Assembly: GCA_044359815.1 (NCBI GenBank)
Contig: JBIKLL010000079.1
Location: 1-12,482, forward strand
Direction: 5' to 3'
Length of the DNA: 12,482 nucleotides
Source: Pseudobdellovibrionaceae bacterium
GTDB lineage: Bacteria > Bdellovibrionota > Bdellovibrionia > Bdellovibrionales > Bdellovibrionaceae
Shown here: positions 7,465 through 12,482 of the stretch, in pieces
How the letters are laid out: each line of letters starts with the position of its first letter
How positions within the stretch are numbered: position 1 is the first letter of the stretch
Position numbers and translations under genes: made by a program
Notes under the pieces: model-generated
Database searches by the model: none
Told to the model about the DNA's origin: nothing
What the model saw: the letters and a program-made list of their open reading frames with translations, nothing else

Positions 7465-8430
7465 ATGCTTACCAAAAAACTTTTACTGTTCGCCATGGTT
7501 CTGTTTGTTGGCAGTTGTGACAAACAAAATCTAGTACCGCAGTTCGTAATTCCCAACCTTAAAATTGTTTATTTGGAATCCTCTGAAGTCTCGTTTGAAC
7601 AGCATCTTATTTCTAAATTTTCTGGAGCCATCAGCGCCAATCTGAGTTTTATAAAAGCCGAATCCTACCAAGAACTCAGTAATTTACTGAAAACAAAATC
7701 TGCAGACATCGGAATTGGCAGGTTTCCACAGGCGAAAGAATCAGATGTTCTGCAATCAGAACCCTACGAAGATTTTAACAGTCCTTACGTGGTTTTGTTT
7801 TCACCTTATCAAGAATCATTGAGAACAGAGTTTCATAAATGGCTGCATCTGTCGTTCAGAAATGGCAGCTTGATGTCTGCTCGGGAACTGTTTGTGAAGC
7901 CTATAAAAAATCTGACACCTTTGGATAAAACTTGGCTTAAAAAGCGCTATGACCGCTTTAAAGGATTTAAAAATAAGGTCAAAGTTTTTGCTCGTAAATA
8001 CCAAGTGCCATGGAAATTAGTCGCAGCCGTGAGCTACCAGGAATCCCAATGGAATATCGATGCCCGCAGCCACACCGGCGTTAAGGGCTTAATGCAAATC
8101 ACAGAAGACACCGCAGATTTTTTAGGAATCGATGATCGTACTCACCCACTACAGAGCTTATACGGCGGTACAAAATACTTAAAATATTTGATCAGCCAAC
8201 AACCAAAACATTTAGCAGAACGCGAGCGGATTGCCTTGGCTCTGGCCGCTTACAACATGGGATTAGGCGCTTTAAGACAAACTCAAAAATTGGCAAAACA
8301 AAATGGCCTAAATCCCTACGATTGGTTTCAGATCAGAAAGTTTATTCCAAATCCTAAAGGCAAAGAGACAATCGCCTATGTCAGTCGCGTTTTAGCTTAT
8401 TGGGATTTTATTAAAATCGGAAATATCTAA
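7465..8430 (+). CDS. MltF-like lytic murein transglycosylase lipoprotein (SLT domain) with shortened SBP module
   Basis: Lipobox VGS-C after MLTKKLLLFAMVLF. SLT motifs AAVSYQESQW (catalytic Glu), GVKGLMQIT, ALAAYNMG and ETIAYVSRV; the YQES.W form is typical of MltF. The N-terminal region resembles an SBP_bac_3 lobe (SFEQHLISKF...ELSNLLKTKSADIGIG). ATG 7465 preferred over TTG 7456. Confidence 0.88.
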   Translation: MLTKKLLLFAMVLFVGSCDKQNLVPQFVIPNLKIVYLESSEVSFEQHLISKFSGAISANLSFIKAESYQELSNLLKTKSADIGIGRFPQAKESDVLQSEPYEDFNSPYVVLFSPYQESLRTEFHKWLHLSFRNGSLMSARELFVKPIKNLTPLDKTWLKKRYDRFKGFKNKVKVFARKYQVPWKLVAAVSYQESQWNIDARSHTGVKGLMQITEDTADFLGIDDRTHPLQSLYGGTKYLKYLISQQPKHLAERERIALALAAYNMGLGALRQTQKLAKQNGLNPYDWFQIRKFIPNPKGKETIAYVSRVLAYWDFIKIGNI

Positions 8431-8432
8431 AT

Positions 8433-8468
8433 CTATTCAACGGTCACTGATTTAGCCAGGTTTCTGGG
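8433..8468 (-). other. attTn7 TnsD recognition region (3' end of glmS), site unoccupied
   Basis: Encodes the conserved PRNLAKSVTVE tail. No Tn7 end or tns genes follow; the convergent transglycosylase gene ends 2 bp away. Confidence 0.6.
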
Positions 8469-10259
8469 TTGATCAACGTCATTCCCCATACCACGAGCCA
8501 AATGATAAGCCATCAATTGCAGAGGCACTACCGCCAAAATGGGATTCACACTCCAATGAGCTGCTGGCAAACCAATATACCGATCACTGATTTTTTCGAC
8601 CTTGGGATTGTCACCAGTTCCGATGGCGATAATTTTTCCGCCACGAGCTTTTGCTTCCTCGAGATTACTCAAAGTTTTTTCAAAATGTTCATCATGTGGA
8701 ATGACCGTCACTATTGCCATTTTGTCATCAATAAGCGCCAGTGGGCCGTGCTTCATTTCACCAGCCGCGTAACCTTCAGCATGTACATAGGCAAGCTCTT
8801 TCATTTTAAGCGCACCCTCTAAGGAAATCGGAAAGCTGACTCCCCGGCCTAAATACAAAAAACCTTTAAATTTTCTGAGTGATTCAGTCGCCTGTAAAAA
8901 ATATTTATCATAGGACAGAACTCGTTCCAGCAAACTGGGGGTTTTTACTAAAGCATCCACATGCTCAGAGACTGTTTTTTCAGAAATAGTTTTTCTGAGA
9001 ATGGCAATTTGCAGTGCCAGACAATTTAGAACACCCAGAGTTGATACAAAAGCCTTGGTAGAAGCGACGCCGATTTCGGGACCAGAGTTCATATACAAAT
9101 GAAAATCTGCTTCACGGTCAATGGTGCTATTTTTAACATTACAGATACTGAGTGTTTTAACACCTTTTGATTTTGCCAGTCTGATTCCAGCCAAAGTATC
9201 CGCAGTTTCGCCACTTTGTGAAACAGTGATAACAAAAGAACTTTTATTCAATATTGGCTGCCGGTATCGAAATTCGCTGGAAAAATCAACTTCACAGGGG
9301 ATCTGAGCCAATCTTTCGATTAAATATTTTCCAACCATACAAGCGTAGTTGCTGGTACCACACGCAATCAATGTGATGCGATCAATGGCTTCAACACTTC
9401 CACGCAAATCACAATTTGCCAGTTTAATTGAATCCGCTGAATGATCAATGTGCTCTGCAATCGCTGAAGAAAACGCCTGAGGTTGCTCAAAAATTTCCTT
9501 GAGCATAAAATGGGCGAAACCTTTTTTCTCGGTTTGTTCGATATCCCAATTTATAATGGTAGGTTTTTTGGTTATAGGCTTTCTATCTGTACTAAAAAAC
9601 TCAAAATTATAATTCTTGATACAAACAACTTCGCGATCCTCCAGATAAATAAATTCTTTTGTAAACTGTAAAGCGGCCTGCACATCACTAACAATAAAAG
9701 TTTGCTCTTTTCCAACGCCAACAATTAATGGCGGACCATCCTTAAAAGCAATCAGTTCATCAGGCTGAGCCTCGCAGATAACCAAGACTGAAAAAGCCCC
9801 TTTAAGCATAGGTAGAACTTTGAAAACGCTATCTTTTAAATCTTTTGATTGAAGGTACTGCTCAGAAATTAAATGTGCGACCAGTTCAGAATCAGTTTCT
9901 GATTTGATCTGAGCCCCACGTTTTAATAATTGCTCTCGGATTTCCAGATAATTTTCAATAATACCATTGTGAACGATGCTGATACTGCCGACCTGATGTG
10001 GATGAGCGTTGGTTTCATTAGGCACTCCGTGAGTGGCCCAGCGAGTATGTCCAATCCCCAAATGACCATCGAAATTTTCAGTCTTCAGTTTTTCCTCAAG
10101 ATTGAGAAGCTTTCCTTCTGCACGGACTCTTTTGGTTTTACCCTGGTGAAGGATTGCCACTCCAGCGCTATCGTAGCCCCTGTATTCCAGTTTTTTGAGA
10201 CCATTTAGAATAACATCTTTGGGATTGAGGGGCCCCAGGTAACCTACAATTCCGCACAT
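8433..10259 (-). CDS. glmS: Glutamine--fructose-6-phosphate aminotransferase (isomerizing)
   Basis: MCGIVG start with catalytic Cys, LEYRGYDSAG, GHTRWATHG, SQSGETADT, VASTKAF, EMKHGP and C-terminal DQPRNLAKSVTVE; 608 aa. Confidence 0.99.
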   Translation of the reverse strand: MCGIVGYLGPLNPKDVILNGLKKLEYRGYDSAGVAILHQGKTKRVRAEGKLLNLEEKLKTENFDGHLGIGHTRWATHGVPNETNAHPHQVGSISIVHNGIIENYLEIREQLLKRGAQIKSETDSELVAHLISEQYLQSKDLKDSVFKVLPMLKGAFSVLVICEAQPDELIAFKDGPPLIVGVGKEQTFIVSDVQAALQFTKEFIYLEDREVVCIKNYNFEFFSTDRKPITKKPTIINWDIEQTEKKGFAHFMLKEIFEQPQAFSSAIAEHIDHSADSIKLANCDLRGSVEAIDRITLIACGTSNYACMVGKYLIERLAQIPCEVDFSSEFRYRQPILNKSSFVITVSQSGETADTLAGIRLAKSKGVKTLSICNVKNSTIDREADFHLYMNSGPEIGVASTKAFVSTLGVLNCLALQIAILRKTISEKTVSEHVDALVKTPSLLERVLSYDKYFLQATESLRKFKGFLYLGRGVSFPISLEGALKMKELAYVHAEGYAAGEMKHGPLALIDDKMAIVTVIPHDEHFEKTLSNLEEAKARGGKIIAIGTGDNPKVEKISDRYIGLPAAHWSVNPILAVVPLQLMAYHLARGMGNDVDQPRNLAKSVTVE

Positions 10260-10260
10260 T

Positions 10261-11682
10261 TTAAGCTTCCTTATCTGAATCTTTGCTTGAATTTAATTTG
10301 TCAGAATAATTTTCTTTGATGAACTGCTTGCCCCTGGCCACAGCCAGAGCTTTCGCCGGGACATCTTTTGTAATCGTAGATCCTGAACCAATTATGGCAT
10401 CGTCGCCAACTTTAACAGGAGCTACAAACTGTGAATCACTGCCAACAAAAACTCTGTCTCCGATTTGAGTTTTATATTTTTTGCGATCAACGGCATAGTT
10501 GCAAGTGATGGTTCCGCAGCCAATGTTAGTTTCTTGTCCGATCTCACAGTCACCTAAATAAGACAGATGGCCTGCTTTAGCTTTTTTGCCCATTTTAGCT
10601 TTTTTCAGTTCAACAAAATTTCCGATATGAACCTCGGATGCCAGTTCAGAGCCCGGTCGAATGCGAGCAAACGGTCCCACCGAGCATTTCTCGGCGATTT
10701 TTGCTTCCTCGATATAACTGCCGGCTTTGATCATCGTGCCATCACCGATTTCAGAATTATTGATAAAACAATTCGATTCGATCATCGCAAAAGAACCAAT
10801 TGCTGTGTCCCCTTTGATAAAAACATTTGGATAAATAACTGAACCTGAACCAATCTGGACAGTGGGTTCAATATAAGCGGTTTTGGGATCTAACATTAAC
10901 ACGCCCGAATTTAACAATGCTTTTGATTTCATTTTATAAATGTGACTGGTCGCCTGTGAGAGTTCATCTTGGGTGTTTACCCCAAAGGCCACTCTGGAAT
11001 TAGCTTTTACAGATCCAACCTTGTAATTGTATTCAAGAGCCAAAGAGACTATTTCGGTCAGATAGTATTCACCCTTTGAATTGTGATTTTTAATTTTTGG
11101 CAAAAGTTCTTTTAGTAAATCAGCTTTTACAAAATAGATGCTGGTGTTGACCTCTTTTATTTTCAAAGTTTCTGCGCTGGCGTCTTTGGCCTCAACAATC
11201 GCTCGAATCTGACCACTGCTGCGCACGATGCGACCAAATTCTTTGGGATGCTTTAGTTCACAAGTCACAATGCAAAGATCCATTTTTTCTTCATTGTAGA
11301 CGCGGTAAAATTCTTTGATATCACCAGCTGTTAATAATGGGTGATCACCTGCAACGATAAAAATATCGCCTTCAAAAGTTTCATAGCTGGCTGACATCAC
11401 AGCATGAGCAGTCCCTAATTGTTGATTCTGAACAAAAGTACTGAGCCCCCACGGAACCGCCACCTGTTCAACCAAACCCTGACCATAGCCAACAATCAAT
11501 CTGATTTCGCTGCATTCGGCTTGCTTGCATGCGTGCACGACATAATGAAGCATGGGCTGCCCAGCTACAGGATGAAGCACTTTGGGCAAAGTATTTTGCA
11601 TCCGAGTGCCTTTTCCAGCTGCCAGGATAACAGCGGTCCAATTTTTCTGAGTTTCTTTGGTGGATTTTTTCTGTAAGTTCAT
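10261..11682 (-). CDS. glmU: Bifunctional UDP-GlcNAc pyrophosphorylase / glucosamine-1-phosphate N-acetyltransferase
   Basis: ILAAGKGTRM..LPKVLH, QLGTAHAV, GEYYLT, GVNT, hexapeptide repeats, VGPFARIRP, GNFVELK, HLSYLGD and NIGCGTITCNY; 1 bp from the glmS start. Confidence 0.99.
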   Translation of the reverse strand: MNLQKKSTKETQKNWTAVILAAGKGTRMQNTLPKVLHPVAGQPMLHYVVHACKQAECSEIRLIVGYGQGLVEQVAVPWGLSTFVQNQQLGTAHAVMSASYETFEGDIFIVAGDHPLLTAGDIKEFYRVYNEEKMDLCIVTCELKHPKEFGRIVRSSGQIRAIVEAKDASAETLKIKEVNTSIYFVKADLLKELLPKIKNHNSKGEYYLTEIVSLALEYNYKVGSVKANSRVAFGVNTQDELSQATSHIYKMKSKALLNSGVLMLDPKTAYIEPTVQIGSGSVIYPNVFIKGDTAIGSFAMIESNCFINNSEIGDGTMIKAGSYIEEAKIAEKCSVGPFARIRPGSELASEVHIGNFVELKKAKMGKKAKAGHLSYLGDCEIGQETNIGCGTITCNYAVDRKKYKTQIGDRVFVGSDSQFVAPVKVGDDAIIGSGSTITKDVPAKALAVARGKQFIKENYSDKLNSSKDSDKEA

Positions 11683-11689
11683 GAGGCAA

Positions 11690-11700
11690 ATTAAAGCACA
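11690..11700 (-). promoter_or_regulatory. Extended -10 candidate directly upstream of glmU (leaderless or short leader)
   Basis: Minus strand TGTGcTTTAAT, then 7 nt to ATG 11682; no SD. Confidence 0.35.
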
Positions 11701-11763
11701 AAACAGTTGGGCTTGACCAGAATTACTTACTTTGGACTAGGATCTTAAAAGCTTCTAAAAACC

Positions 11764-11792
11764 TTGGATAGGATGGTCAGTTTGGTTAAACT
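11764..11792 (+). promoter_or_regulatory. Sigma70-like promoter candidate for the HAD gene (leaderless)
   Basis: TTGGAT (11764-11769), 17 bp, TAAACT (11787-11792), then 6 nt to ATG 11799; no SD. Confidence 0.45.
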
Positions 11793-11798
11793 TTAAGA

Positions 11799-12308
11799 AT
11801 GATTAAATGGATTGTTTGGGACTTGGACGATACCCTTTTGGACACTTCGGCATTGCTGTTGCCCATTGCTAAAACGCCACAGTATTTTGAAAGAATACAA
11901 CAAAAGCTGCCTTTGATCGATGGAGCAGCGGACAATCTGCAATATTTAGCCAGAATATACTCGATGGCCTTACTGACACAGGGAAATACTCAGGTGCAGA
12001 AAACCAAAGTAGAGTCGCTGGGAATAAAAGATTTTTTCAAGGAATTGTTTTTTGCAGACCTTGAAAAATCTGAAACAAAAAAACTTTATTTTTCAAGACT
12101 GGTGGCTCAAGAAAAACTGGCAACCGGAGAATTTCTGAGCATAGGCAATCGATTGAGCACTGATATTCGCGAGGCCAAACAATGTGGAGGCAAAACCTGT
12201 TTGTTTGTTTACGGCGAAAATGTGTCAGAAAAGCCCAGTTTACCCGAGGACCTGCCGGATTTTAAAATCAACCATCACAAAGAACTATTAACAGTATGCA
12301 AACTGTAA
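11799..12308 (+). CDS. HAD-superfamily hydrolase (subfamily IA-like) with a minimal cap
   Basis: Motif I WDLDDTLLD, motif II LLTQG, motif III Lys in SETKK, motif IV IGNRLSTDI..AKQCG and C-terminal PDFKI; only 169 aa. Confidence 0.9.
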   Translation: MIKWIVWDLDDTLLDTSALLLPIAKTPQYFERIQQKLPLIDGAADNLQYLARIYSMALLTQGNTQVQKTKVESLGIKDFFKELFFADLEKSETKKLYFSRLVAQEKLATGEFLSIGNRLSTDIREAKQCGGKTCLFVYGENVSEKPSLPEDLPDFKINHHKELLTVCKL

Positions 12309-12482
12309 CAAATAATGTTTTAGCAATTGATTATACAAAACTGATGGAAGCTGATCATGTTCAGGATTTTTCTCAAGCGGCCGATGTTCTGCAGCGAAAA
12401 TCCTATGATGTGATTGTCATCAATACCGCCAGGATGCGCACTCAGGATTTTTCAAAAAACTTGGTTCCGCAAAACAGCTTAG
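12296..12482 (+). CDS. Partial CDS (runs off right edge), N-terminus resembling a degenerate receiver domain
   Basis: ATG 12296 overlaps the HAD 3' end by 13 nt and is open to the edge: MQTVTNNVLAIDYTKLMEADHVQDFSQAADVLQRKSYDVIVINTARMRTQDFSKNLVPQNSL. VLAID and FSQAADVLQRKSYDVIVIN look like REC beta1 and alpha2-beta3. Confidence 0.6.
   Translation, partial: MQTVTNNVLAIDYTKLMEADHVQDFSQAADVLQRKSYDVIVINTARMRTQDFSKNLVPQNSL

Noticed and set aside
10250..10275. glmS ribozyme or GlmZ-type regulatory leader
   Set aside because: Only 1 bp separates glmU and glmS, and a plain AAGGA SD lies in the glmU tail, so there is no room for a structured leader.
6063..11701. Small ORFs overlapping trmFO, the transglycosylase, glmS and glmU
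   Set aside because: Antisense or off-frame shadows of conserved housekeeping genes.
11713..11743. TTGACC...TAGGAT sigma70 promoter for the HAD gene
   Set aside because: The spacer is 19 bp; the downstream 17-bp-spaced pair fits better, though this one is not fully excluded.
12315..12323. ATG after the HAD stop as start of the next gene
   Set aside because: It reads ATG TTT TAG; the open frame starts at ATG 12296.
12361..12453. Short direct repeat TCAGGATTTTTC (QDFS twice)
   Set aside because: Only two copies inside a coding frame, with no array or mobile-element context; likely chance.
1..12482. CRISPR arrays, tRNA/rRNA, IS, prophage or defence genes
   Set aside because: No repeat-spacer periodicity, no intergenic space large enough or structured appropriately, and no transposase, integrase or nuclease motifs seen.

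Overview
AT-rich, densely coding bacterial chromosomal window with no mobile elements, CRISPR or RNA genes visible. The gene set and order resemble what I recall from Bdellovibrionota / former deltaproteobacteria (inference, not verified). From left to right: (1) a large minus-strand gene missed by the ORF track because it runs off the left edge (TTG start at 2592, >=864 aa; signal peptide, AMIN-like beta domain, low-complexity linker, long TPR array), preceded by a good sigma54 -24/-12 promoter and a FleQ-like enhancer box; (2) a divergent, translationally coupled four-gene operon encoding a PsbP/DcrB-like lipoprotein plus MlaE, MlaF and a long-tailed MlaD/MCE protein, without mlaA/B/C; (3) a dciA (DUF721) gene head-to-head with trmFO, 16 bp apart; (4) an MltF-like lytic transglycosylase lipoprotein whose substrate-binding module appears to have lost its second lobe; (5) glmU-glmS, with an empty attTn7; (6) a near-capless HAD hydrolase and the start of a possible pseudo-receiver protein. 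The best candidates for something new are the sigma54-driven AMIN-TPR protein (possible flagellar-motor or envelope scaffold), the lipoprotein-MlaEFD lipid transporter variant and the half-SBP MltF. Three genes also look leaderless.
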